A stretch of 32,833 nt of DNA from Erysipelotrichaceae bacterium (GCA_017620435.1 JAFZQL010000147.1:1-32833); one strand, 5' to 3'. Positions 8,017-16,433 are shown, counted from the first letter of the stretch. The notes: generated from the letters alone by a model not told the origin. Translations and numbers: made by a program.

Positions 8017-8855
8017 CGATACACTTCAATGGCTCTTTTGACCTTGGCAGGGTCTTCCGGTCTGCCAATGACGGCTTCTTTCCTGTCCAGGGTTTTCAGG
8101 GCTTCCATGTCTTTCTCTTCCAGCTCAAAACCGAAGAGATCGATGTTTTCCTTGAGCCTGTCCTTGCTGTTGGTCCGAGGCAGGATGCAGATATCCCGCT
8201 GCAGCAGGAATCTCAGACAGATCTGAGCCTTTGTTTTGCCGTATTTCTCGGATAATTCGCTCAGCAGAGGATCCTCTATCAGGCCTTCTATCCTACCTGC
8301 TCCCAAAGGAGAATAGGCCTGATGGGTCACATCATATCTGTCGAACCATTCATGTTCCGTCCATCTCTGGCAGCGTACATGGGTCTCGATCTGGTTGACC
8401 TGCGGTTTGTATTCGTTGAAACTCAGCAGGTCGATCAGTCTGTCCGGCGTGAAGTTGCATACGCCGATGGCTCTGATCTTGCCTTCTTTGTAGAGCTCTT
8501 CCAAGTCCCGGTAGGCCGTATAGTAGTCGTTCAAAGGCCAATGGATCATGCACATGTCAAGGTAATCTACACCAAGCTTCTTTAAGGAATCCAGAGCCAT
8601 TCTTCTGGCATCTCCCGGCTTCGACCAGCGGAACCACACCTTGGAAGTAATAAACAGATCTTCCCTTCTAATGCCGCTGTCCTTGATCCCCAGACCCAGC
8701 TCTTCTTCGTTGTCGTAGTCCAGAGCCGTATCGATCAGTCTGTAACCCAGTTCGATGGCTTTTCTGACCTGCCCTCTTGGATCGTTCAGCCTGTAAGTCC
8801 CAAGCCCCACAGCCGGCATGAAAACGCCGTTGTTTAGTTCCATATAACGGTCCAT
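8013..8855 (-). CDS. Aldo/keto reductase (2,5-diketo-D-gluconate reductase-like)
   Basis: The N-terminal LNNGVFMPAVGLGTY motif and the catalytic tetrad context are present (DTALDY, ITSKVW, MIHWP). AAAGGAG SD. Confidence 0.9.
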   Translation of the reverse strand: MDRYMELNNGVFMPAVGLGTYRLNDPRGQVRKAIELGYRLIDTALDYDNEEELGLGIKDSGIRREDLFITSKVWFRWSKPGDARRMALDSLKKLGVDYLDMCMIHWPLNDYYTAYRDLEELYKEGKIRAIGVCNFTPDRLIDLLSFNEYKPQVNQIETHVRCQRWTEHEWFDRYDVTHQAYSPLGAGRIEGLIEDPLLSELSEKYGKTKAQICLRFLLQRDICILPRTNSKDRLKENIDLFGFELEEKDMEALKTLDRKEAVIGRPEDPAKVKRAIEVYR

Positions 8856-8882
8856 TGCTTATACTCCTTTCTGTATCGTTGA

Positions 8883-9329
8883 TCAGCAGTTTAATTCAGC
8901 TGCGATCTGTAATCCTTTGGCTGCCATTAAAATGCCAATGACGATCAGCATCAGTCCGATCATCAGCATTCTGCTGTTCTTGCCTGTTCTGGCTAAAGAA
9001 GGATCTTTTCTGCTGTAGTTCAGGATCACGGTATGATCCTTGGAATATTCCGCTGCTTCTTTCAGCTTCTTTGTATACCTGTTTCCATCGACCACATAAG
9101 CGTAGGTGTTCTCATAGGCGTTTTCCTGTCCTCTTCTGGTCTTGAAGGTCGGTTCGGACTTGATCAGCTTTCCTTCCGTCTTTGCGGAATACCTGATCAG
9201 ATCCAGGACATAGAAAAGACACAGCGCCAGACCGGCCAGCGTAAACAGACAGCCAAGGGTAAAGGTCCAGTAGTCTCCCGCCCTTTCGCTGTATGACAGA
9301 TTGAAAAATTCAGTAAAATCAATATTCAT
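8883..9329 (-). CDS. DUF3592-like small membrane protein
   Basis: 148 aa with TM-beta-rich domain-TM topology. The pattern EGKLIKS...YAYVVDGNRY...VILNYSRKDPSLA is typical of DUF3592. Confidence 0.5.
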   Translation of the reverse strand: MNIDFTEFFNLSYSERAGDYWTFTLGCLFTLAGLALCLFYVLDLIRYSAKTEGKLIKSEPTFKTRRGQENAYENTYAYVVDGNRYTKKLKEAAEYSKDHTVILNYSRKDPSLARTGKNSRMLMIGLMLIVIGILMAAKGLQIAAELNC

Positions 9330-9333
9330 ATTC

Positions 9334-10116
9334 CTATTTTAACATCTTTCCGATCACGTCATTGATCATTCTCTCGTGCGTGATCTGATCCGTGTCCTTG
9401 TCGGGAACTTCCGTGAAACGAGATCCCATAATCAGCTCGTGCAGTTCCAGTCCGTATTCGTACGGATGGCACAGGTCGTTGCGGCAGGCGATGATCTCCA
9501 CCGGCATGGTCAGTTTCTTGAGATCTTCCCTGCTTTGGATCGGGATCATTTCCGGAATGACCGTGTATTTCTCATAGACACGGAAGTTGTATTCTTCATC
9601 AAAAGGTTTCAGGAAACTGTTCCGGGTATATTCCGAGATGTCCTTGACATACTGATAGCCGGGAGATTGAAGAAACTGTTCCCTGTTTCTGTTCTTCAGT
9701 GCTTCGGCGAGATCCCGATAGATGTCTCTGATTTCTTTTCTGATCGGCTGATCGACCCAGGCATTTCGGATCAGCAGGACTTTTCTGACCCTTTCCGGAT
9801 GTCTGACCGCAATGTTCAAGGATACAGCAGCACCCATGGAGATCCCGGCAAAGTACGCATCTTTAACATTTATATGATCCAGAAGGTCGATGATATCATC
9901 GCCCAGAACATCGAAAGTCAGATCGCAGTAGTCGTACTCGCTGTTTCCGTGTCCTTCCTGATTCAGCAGGATCAATGAGACATGATCGATCGGTTCATAC
10001 AGTTTCTCGATCTGCAGCGTACTGCCGCCCAGGCCGTGGAGAAAAACGAAAGGAACGGCTCCGTCCGTTACGCTGTATTCCAGTTTCAGTCCGTTGCGGT
10101 TAATGAAGGTTTCCAT
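9334..10116 (-). CDS. Alpha/beta-fold hydrolase
   Basis: Has FVFLHGLGGS and a GISMG nucleophile elbow. AAAGGAG SD. The start lies 17 nt inside the upstream gene. Confidence 0.8.
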   Translation of the reverse strand: METFINRNGLKLEYSVTDGAVPFVFLHGLGGSTLQIEKLYEPIDHVSLILLNQEGHGNSEYDYCDLTFDVLGDDIIDLLDHINVKDAYFAGISMGAAVSLNIAVRHPERVRKVLLIRNAWVDQPIRKEIRDIYRDLAEALKNRNREQFLQSPGYQYVKDISEYTRNSFLKPFDEEYNFRVYEKYTVIPEMIPIQSREDLKKLTMPVEIIACRNDLCHPYEYGLELHELIMGSRFTEVPDKDTDQITHERMINDVIGKMLK

Positions 10117-10939
10117 CGATGACTCCTTTCAGATAATCCCTGCAGGAAGGAACATCTTCTTCTTTCAGACCGTGCATGATGATCGGCCCTTCATATCCGT
10201 ATTTCTGTAACAGACCGACAAACAGCGGGAAATTGATCTTTCCCATGCCCGATCCGGTATAGACGGTATTTCCGTTTTCCATATAAACATCCTTGCCGTG
10301 TGCCAGACAGACGTCTTTTCCCAGAAGGTCGAAGCTTTCTTCCAGGGTTTCATCCATTCTGCCGATATTCTTTCCGGTAAACAGATTCGCTCCGTCCATG
10401 ACGATCTTCAGTCGTTCATCGTGGATGTCATCCAGATATCTTCTTGCCTTCTTTGGCGTGTTGATCACATTGGTCGGTTCCGGTTCCACGCCCAGGATGA
10501 TGTCGTATTTCCGGGCATGTTCCAGAATGATCCTTGTGGTATCCAGCAGTTCCTGATAGGATTCTTCCAGCAGGTTCCTGTCGTCCCATTTCCACTTGTT
10601 TTCGTTCTTGCTTCCCGTACACAGCGTGATGATCGGAGCGTGTATCCTGTGGGCCAGATAGCACTGGTATTCAAACTGCCGGATCGCTTCCTGTTTCCTG
10701 GCCGGATCGGGATCAATCATGTTGAAAGTGCCGGAGAGAGCAGCGATCCTGATGCCGTGCTTCAAAGACGCAGCAACAATCTGATTCAGAAGCTCTTCTT
10801 CTACCTGATCAGGAAGGGGATCTTTCCCGATGGTCTCGAAGTTGAATTGGATATCATAAATCCCGTCTTTCGCAATATCCGAAAAAGCCTCGTCACAGGA
10901 TTTCCTTGCATAAACCTTTGAAAATACACCGATTTCCAT
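10100..10939 (-). CDS. Sugar-phosphate isomerase/epimerase, xylose-isomerase-like TIM barrel (UlaE/IolE-like fold)
   Basis: 279 aa with the typical layout (...GVEPEP...DGANL...HGKD...) of the AP-endonuclease-2/xylose-isomerase-like barrel family. Confidence 0.75.
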   Translation of the reverse strand: MEIGVFSKVYARKSCDEAFSDIAKDGIYDIQFNFETIGKDPLPDQVEEELLNQIVAASLKHGIRIAALSGTFNMIDPDPARKQEAIRQFEYQCYLAHRIHAPIITLCTGSKNENKWKWDDRNLLEESYQELLDTTRIILEHARKYDIILGVEPEPTNVINTPKKARRYLDDIHDERLKIVMDGANLFTGKNIGRMDETLEESFDLLGKDVCLAHGKDVYMENGNTVYTGSGMGKINFPLFVGLLQKYGYEGPIIMHGLKEEDVPSCRDYLKGVIDGNLH

Positions 10940-10991
10940 TTTTATCTCTTCCTTTGCCTATATTATAGCGTTTTTCTTTCCTTCATTAGTT

Positions 10992-11007
10992 TGTGAAGCA
11001 TTTCACG
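10992..11007. promoter_or_regulatory. CRP/FNR-like palindrome in the divergent control region
   Basis: TGTGA-AGCATT-TCACG matches 9 of 10 positions of TGTGA-N6-TCACA. It overlaps the putative -35 of the deoC promoter. Confidence 0.35.
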
Positions 11008-11030
11008 TGTCATAGATTTGGTGTTATGAT
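11002..11030 (+). promoter_or_regulatory. Candidate sigma-A promoter for deoC-MFS-rpe
   Basis: TTCACG, a 17-nt spacer, then TGTTATGAT (extended -10), located 25 nt upstream of the deoC ATG. Confidence 0.4.
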
Positions 11031-11054
11031 ATCTTTGAGAAGAGAGGTAAAGAA

Positions 11055-11729
11055 ATGATAACGAAATCCCAGCTGGCCGCAATGATCGACCATACCTATG
11101 TGAAACCTTATGCTACAGAAGAAGACATGTTCAGACTGTGCGATGAAGCGATCCAATACGGATTCGCGATGGTAGCGGTCAATTCCGGACAGACGGAGAG
11201 ATGCGCGAACTATATCAGGTCGAAAGGATCGAAGGTCCATACCGGTGCCGCCATCAGTTTCCCTTTGGGACAGATGACGATCGAAGCCAAGGTATTTGAA
11301 ACGAAAGATGCGATCGAAAAAGGTGCAGACGAGATCGACTACGTCATCAACATTACCGAACTGAAAAAGAAAAACTACGACTACATCCGCGACGAGATGA
11401 AACAGATCACTGATCTCTGCCACAGCCATGGCGTAATCATTAAGGTCATATTTGAAACTTTCTATCTGACGGATGAAGAAAAGATAAAGCTCTGTGAGAT
11501 CGCTTCCGAAGTGAAGCCTGATCTGATTAAAACCTCCACCGGCATGTGCGAGGGCGGAGCAACAGTGGAAGATGTCAGACTGATGAGAGAACATACCAGT
11601 CCCGATGTCAAGGTAAAGGCTTCCGGCGGTGTACGTACGCTGGAACAGACCCTGGCTTTTATTGAAGCCGGCGCAGAAAGGATCGGAACTTCTCAGGGAG
11701 TCAAGATCGTAGAAAGCTTAGAAGACTAG
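11055..11729 (+). CDS. deoC: Deoxyribose-phosphate aldolase family (copy 1)
   Basis: Contains IDHTYVKP, FPLGQ, ADEIDYVIN, IKVIFE, IKTSTG (Schiff-base Lys context), VKASGGVRT and AGAERIGTS. Confidence 0.88.
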   Translation: MITKSQLAAMIDHTYVKPYATEEDMFRLCDEAIQYGFAMVAVNSGQTERCANYIRSKGSKVHTGAAISFPLGQMTIEAKVFETKDAIEKGADEIDYVINITELKKKNYDYIRDEMKQITDLCHSHGVIIKVIFETFYLTDEEKIKLCEIASEVKPDLIKTSTGMCEGGATVEDVRLMREHTSPDVKVKASGGVRTLEQTLAFIEAGAERIGTSQGVKIVESLED

Positions 11730-11735
11730 TACATC

Positions 11736-12971
11736 ATGGATAGACAGAAGATACTCAAGACTGCCTATAAAATGATGCTGATATCGACCGTGTGTACCCT
11801 GTGTACGCACGTTTCTTATGTCTGGAGCGTGATTTCAGCCGAGCTGAAGGCCCAGAACGGATGGACCAATCTGATGGCTTCGGCCCCTTATACCATCGGC
11901 AATATCGCCGCAGGACTCTCAGCCATTCTGGCAGGTATTACTTACGACAGGAAGAATCCGGGCAAGATGGCTCTTTTTGGTGCGATCATGGTCGGTGTTG
12001 GACTGTGCATTCTGGCGGTATTCTCAAAGAACTTCTTCCTGGTCTGTCTGGGATACGGGATACTGGTGGAATGCGGCCAGAACTTTTCCAATGTCGGACT
12101 TCCTAATGCAGCCCTGAAATGGGTCCCTTCCGATCTGAAAGGAAAGACGGCCGGGATCTGCACGATCGGAACCAGTCTTTCGGCACTGCTGATATCGGTC
12201 CTGTTCAAGATCTATACGAAACTGGCAGGCTTCAAGTACGGCGTGATCCTGCTGGCGGTGACACTGTCTTCGATCGCTGCCTTTGCAGCTGCCCATTTCC
12301 GCTCCGCACCGGATGAAGTCGTTGAGATGAACAAGAACGAAGCGCTCAACTTCCGGGTCATCCATACCCCATATGAGGATCTGACTCTAAAGGAATGTCT
12401 GAAGACCAGACAGTTCGCTCTGTTCAACTTCTCCTGGTTCCTGGTCATGACCGCCAACCTGGCTGTCGTCTCCCAGACCATTTCGATCATCAACTCCTTC
12501 TCCGATGTTGCCTTCCCTTCCTGGATCTTTGTTGCCATCGGAGGGATCATCGGTTCTTTGGGCAGGTTTTTCTTCGGCGCCACATCCGATCGGGTGGGCG
12601 TACTGAGAATGTTCTCGCTGCTGACGGTGATCTTTGGAGGCGCTTTGCTTCTGTTCCCGAATCTGCATTCTCCTGCTCTGCTGTTTGTCTGCTACGCCCT
12701 GATCCAGTTCGTGGTTGCGGGAATGAACGCCGTGATCTTTGCGGCACTGGGTCTGGTGTTCGGTACGAAACACAGCGGAGCCATCTCCGGTTTCAACGGC
12801 ACGGGCTATGTCTTTGCCGGGATCCTGGGACCGACCATCGCTTCCCTGTTCAAGGACCGTTTCAATACCTATTATCCGGCCTTCATCCTTTTCGGAATCA
12901 TCCAGTTTTTTGCCGCCCTTGTCTTTTACAGGATGTATCTGTGGCTGGAAGCATACAATCAGAAACAATGA
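11736..12971 (+). CDS. MFS transporter (oxalate/formate antiporter-like fold)
   Basis: 411 aa with about 12 TM spans in a 6+6 arrangement around a central loop. It begins 6 nt after the deoC stop. The SD is weak, so the exact start is uncertain. Confidence 0.8.
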   Translation: MDRQKILKTAYKMMLISTVCTLCTHVSYVWSVISAELKAQNGWTNLMASAPYTIGNIAAGLSAILAGITYDRKNPGKMALFGAIMVGVGLCILAVFSKNFFLVCLGYGILVECGQNFSNVGLPNAALKWVPSDLKGKTAGICTIGTSLSALLISVLFKIYTKLAGFKYGVILLAVTLSSIAAFAAAHFRSAPDEVVEMNKNEALNFRVIHTPYEDLTLKECLKTRQFALFNFSWFLVMTANLAVVSQTISIINSFSDVAFPSWIFVAIGGIIGSLGRFFFGATSDRVGVLRMFSLLTVIFGGALLLFPNLHSPALLFVCYALIQFVVAGMNAVIFAALGLVFGTKHSGAISGFNGTGYVFAGILGPTIASLFKDRFNTYYPAFILFGIIQFFAALVFYRMYLWLEAYNQKQ

Positions 12972-13003
12972 TGTTAGAATAATACTGTAAGAAGGAGATT
13001 ACT

Positions 13004-13657
13004 ATGAACAATTATCTGATGTGTCCGTCAACCATGTGCATGAACTTCGACAATCTGAAAGAAGATATCAGACTTCTGGAAGAAGCAGGAATCGACATTT
13101 TCCACAACGATGTCATGGACGGTTCGTTTGTACCGAATATCACCTTAGGAATCAACGACATCAAGGCCATCCGCAGGAATACAAGCAAGATGATCGACGC
13201 TCACCTGATGATCGAAAATCCGATGAACAAAGTCGACTGGTTCATCGATGCCGGTGTCGATCTGATCTACATTCATTTCGAGAGCGAGAGATACGTCGCC
13301 AAGACTCTGGCCCATATCAGGGAAAGAGGAGTAAAGGCAGGTATCGCCATCAATCCGGATACCTCCATCGAAACCGTAAGAGAAGTTCTGAACCTGTGCG
13401 ATTACATTCTGTTCATGACGGTCAACCCGGGTTTCTCCGGTCAGAAACTGATCGAATTCACGATTGACAAGCTGCAGAGGCTGATTGCTCTGAAGGAACA
13501 GTACGGCTTCAAGATCGTCATCGACGGAGCGTGCTCACCGGAAGTCATCAAGAGACTGGGAGACATGGGAACGGATGGATTCGTCCTCGGAACCAGCGCA
13601 CTGTTTGGCAAGGGCAGAAGCTACAAAGAGGTCATGGAGGATCTCAGAAAACTCTAA
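13004..13657 (+). CDS. rpe: Ribulose-phosphate 3-epimerase family, near-canonical (Rpe/AlsE-like)
   Basis: Contains HNDVMDGSFVPNITLG, DAHLM, MTVNPGFSGQ and IDGA. GAAGGAG SD. Confidence 0.85.
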   Translation: MNNYLMCPSTMCMNFDNLKEDIRLLEEAGIDIFHNDVMDGSFVPNITLGINDIKAIRRNTSKMIDAHLMIENPMNKVDWFIDAGVDLIYIHFESERYVAKTLAHIRERGVKAGIAINPDTSIETVREVLNLCDYILFMTVNPGFSGQKLIEFTIDKLQRLIALKEQYGFKIVIDGACSPEVIKRLGDMGTDGFVLGTSALFGKGRSYKEVMEDLRKL

Positions 13658-13673
13658 TCCATTATCAAAGAAA

Positions 13674-13712
13674 CAAAAAAACGGATACAGGATTAACTGT
13701 ATCCGTTTTTTT
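13674..13712. terminator. Bidirectional rho-independent terminator between convergent operons
   Basis: A7-ACGGATACAG-gattaa-CTGTATCCGT-T7: a perfect 10-bp stem flanked by A- and T-runs. Confidence 0.85.
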
Positions 13713-13718
13713 CTTGTT

Positions 13719-14390
13719 TTACTCCTTCAGCAGATCACGGATCTTCTTCACGTTGTCCGAGAAATCCGTATCCTTCATGAACAGTGTTCTTGTGCCCAAT
13801 ACCAGCACATCCGCACCGTTCTTCTGGAAGATCTGCGCCGCCTCGTAGGTCACGTTCCCATCAACCGAGATCAGACAGTGATCGTTGCCGTACTTGTGCA
13901 GCAGCTCTCTGACGTCCTTGATCTTGCGGGAAATGATCTCCGGGAAGTAGTGTCTTGGACCGGCGCCGCCGTTGCCCTGAATCAGGACGACCATGTCCAG
14001 CAGTTCCGCTACGTATTCCAGCGTACTGACCGGAGTAGCCATGTTCAGAACGGCACCGCATCTGCAGACTTCCTTCGCCTTCAGCAGACAGTTGGACAGC
14101 TCCGTCGTTCCTTCGACCTGAACGGAGATGATATCGTTACCATCCAGAGGCCCCTTGATCGCATCGACCATGTCTTCCGGATGCTTCGTCATGATGTGAA
14201 TGTCCAGAGGAAGCTTCGTGAAGGCCTTGAGCTGCGGGATCAGTCCCATCGGTAGCATGATGGTCTTGCAGAAGGTGGTATCGGAAATATCGAAGTGGAT
14301 GTATTCGATGCCGTTTCTTTCAAAGTCTCTGACGACATCCCCGACATGCAGCAGATCGACACAGGCCAGGGACGGTGAAAGCTTTACCAC
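13719..14390 (-). CDS. Divergent ribulose-phosphate 3-epimerase-family TIM barrel (paralog of 2724-3413)
   Basis: GTG start 6 nt after GGAG. The sequence runs MVKLSPSL...HFDISDTTF...DIHIM...SVDGN, and the canonical MDGxFVPN and NPGFGGQ loops are absent. Confidence 0.7.
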   Translation of the reverse strand: MVKLSPSLACVDLLHVGDVVRDFERNGIEYIHFDISDTTFCKTIMLPMGLIPQLKAFTKLPLDIHIMTKHPEDMVDAIKGPLDGNDIISVQVEGTTELSNCLLKAKEVCRCGAVLNMATPVSTLEYVAELLDMVVLIQGNGGAGPRHYFPEIISRKIKDVRELLHKYGNDHCLISVDGNVTYEAAQIFQKNGADVLVLGTRTLFMKDTDFSDNVKKIRDLLKE

Positions 14391-14393
14391 GTT

Positions 14394-14945
14394 CTACTCC
14401 AGATTGGCGTGTCTGACACGGATGAACTTGTCGATCTCGTCATTGGATAGACGTCCCGTGTTGAACATGCACATGACGACCGCATCGCAGAAGATCAGCA
14501 GCGACTGTTCAAAGGATGAACCGCTGGACTGGATCTTGTCCGTATCCACGATCTTGTTGAACTGAACGACGTAGTCCGCTTCCTTGCCGATGGTCGAATC
14601 CGGATTGGAAGTGATGACCAGGATCTTTGCGTTGTTGTCCTTGGCGACAGCTACCCAGCTCTTCAGATTCTTCGTCTCACCCGAGTTGGTTCCCAGGATC
14701 AGCAGGTCTCCTTCTCTGATCGCCGGAGTCGTCGTATCGCCTACCACATGGGAATTGAAGCCGAACTGCATCAGTCTCATGGCCAGTGATCTCATCATCA
14801 GCAAAGATCTTCCGGCACCGCCGATAAAGATCTGCTTCGCATTGAAGATCGCTTCGATCATCGTATCGACCTGTTCATCAGGAACGTTGCCTGCCGTATC
14901 TCTTAACTGATCCAGAATTCTGTTGTATAATTCACCGTATTTCAT
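14394..14945 (-). CDS. hxlB: 6-phospho-3-hexuloisomerase (SIS domain)
   Basis: Contains GAGRS, GTNSGET and SFEQSLL, and the C-terminal HANLE matches Bacillus HxlB as I recall it. It starts 1 nt after the hxlA stop. Confidence 0.88.
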   Translation of the reverse strand: MKYGELYNRILDQLRDTAGNVPDEQVDTMIEAIFNAKQIFIGGAGRSLLMMRSLAMRLMQFGFNSHVVGDTTTPAIREGDLLILGTNSGETKNLKSWVAVAKDNNAKILVITSNPDSTIGKEADYVVQFNKIVDTDKIQSSGSSFEQSLLIFCDAVVMCMFNTGRLSNDEIDKFIRVRHANLE

Positions 14946-14946
14946 A

Positions 14947-15576
14947 TTATGCCGCCTTTATCTTTTCCATGAAGATCCTGCACGCTTCTTTTGGATCCGG
15001 CTGATTGTTGATGGCGCCGCCGACAATGATGACATCCGGTCCTTCATTGATCATCGCATCGATCGTCGACATCTTGATGCCGCCCGCTACTGCCACCTTG
15101 GCATTCTTTACGACTGCCTTGACCCGGTGCAGTTCCTCCAGAGGATCATGGGTCGCCTGGACATCGAACGCCGTATGCACGCAGACATAGTCCGCACCGT
15201 TCTCATCCAGCCACTTCGCTCTTTCTTCCACGTCTCTGATGCCGATCAGGTCGACCAGCACTTCGCCGTCATGCTCTTTTGCAGATCTGATGACTTCCAG
15301 GATCGTCGCATCTTCCGCACAGGCGCAGACCGTACAGATCTTCGCACCGTTGTTGAAGGCCATATCTGCCTCGATCTTGCCGCCGTCCATGATCTTGGTA
15401 TCGGACAAGATGCACTTGTCAGGATACTTGTTGGAGAAGTATTTCACTCTCTTCTGACCTTCATCGATGATCATCGGCGTACCGACTTCAATGATGTCGA
15501 TCATGTCCTTGAGTTCATCAAGTCTTTTCTCCATCGTTTCAAAATCCATTACATCAAAAGCAACCTGTAATTCCAT
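14947..15576 (-). CDS. hxlA: 3-hexulose-6-phosphate synthase (OMP-decarboxylase suprafamily)
   Basis: Contains MELQVAFD, IIEVGTP, ERAKWLDENGADYVCVH, AVVKNAKVAVAGGIK and VIIVGG, which resemble HxlA. Its partner PHI is adjacent. Confidence 0.85.
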   Translation of the reverse strand: MELQVAFDVMDFETMEKRLDELKDMIDIIEVGTPMIIDEGQKRVKYFSNKYPDKCILSDTKIMDGGKIEADMAFNNGAKICTVCACAEDATILEVIRSAKEHDGEVLVDLIGIRDVEERAKWLDENGADYVCVHTAFDVQATHDPLEELHRVKAVVKNAKVAVAGGIKMSTIDAMINEGPDVIIVGGAINNQPDPKEACRIFMEKIKAA

Positions 15577-15590
15577 AAATTCCCCTCTCT

Positions 15591-16391
15591 TTAATAAAAG
15601 ATCTTGTTAATGGCATCCTGACACTGCTCAGGCTGACCCAGATAATCATATGCGTCCTTGTTTTCCGCAAACATCTCAAATACCGTCTTTCCTTCCAGAA
15701 GATTGAGTTCCTCGGATGGCTTCACGCCCTTGACTTCCAGTTCCGGCATGATGCCGTAGTTCTGGTTCTTAACCGCTACCAGGACATCGCCCTTTTTCAG
15801 GATATAGTAGCCGAAGCCGTGATGATTCGTGATCGGTTCATAGTGCAAAGGACACGGTACAGCCAGGTTGTAGAAAGCCATCATGTCATCGCCGATATTC
15901 ATCGCACAGTGGGCACAGAAAGCCGGAATAACGATCTTCTCTCCTTGATTGACGACTACCATCCGCATGGATTTCACATTCAGTTCCTCATCCTTCAGGA
16001 AGTTGTCCGCCTCCTGCAGGAAGAACGCAGCCTTGCCATAGATGATCTCATAGATCTCCGCATACGGAAGCACATGACCTTCGTTGAAGCCGTGGTAATG
16101 ACCGGAGTTCTTTCTGACTTCTCCATTCAGATCGCCGGTATTCAGAACGGTAATACCGTTCATCATTCCCTTCTCTTCATAGATCTTCTTTTCTTCTTCC
16201 GAATGATAGACCCCGTTGACAAACACGTAGTTCCAGGATCCGTCGTCTTCTTCAAACGGTTTTCTCAGCAGCGGATTCATGTCGAAACTCTTCTTGAATT
16301 TGACTTCACCGGTAACCATCGATTCATCAAAAACAAGACCGCTGTCCGTAACTTTAAAGTCAAAGTTTTTCGTATGGATCAGTTTTTCCAT
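15591..16391 (-). CDS. Cupin-type glucose-6-phosphate isomerase family protein
   Basis: Shows the cupin PGI signatures SGHYH...E (residues about 97-112) and PAFCAHCAMNIG. Confidence 0.6.
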   Translation of the reverse strand: MEKLIHTKNFDFKVTDSGLVFDESMVTGEVKFKKSFDMNPLLRKPFEEDDGSWNYVFVNGVYHSEEEKKIYEEKGMMNGITVLNTGDLNGEVRKNSGHYHGFNEGHVLPYAEIYEIIYGKAAFFLQEADNFLKDEELNVKSMRMVVVNQGEKIVIPAFCAHCAMNIGDDMMAFYNLAVPCPLHYEPITNHHGFGYYILKKGDVLVAVKNQNYGIMPELEVKGVKPSEELNLLEGKTVFEMFAENKDAYDYLGQPEQCQDAINKIFY

Positions 16392-16433
16392 TTCTATACC
16401 CTTCTTTCTAAAAACATTATACTATGCCAGACT

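Noticed and set aside
11010-11594. 194-aa and 234-aa (23018-23722) ORFs antisense to both deoC copies, which could look like a conserved overlapping gene.
   Set aside because: Their similarity to each other is the mirror image of the deoC paralogy. Neither has an RBS, and both cross gene boundaries or terminators.
14947-15576. Calling this OMP-decarboxylase-family gene ulaD (3-keto-L-gulonate-6-P decarboxylase), which would complete a ula pathway with the PTS.
   Set aside because: It lies about 7 kb from the PTS genes in a different operon, is immediately followed by a PHI (hxlB) gene, and resembles HxlA block by block. I cannot exclude KGPDC activity without an alignment or assay.
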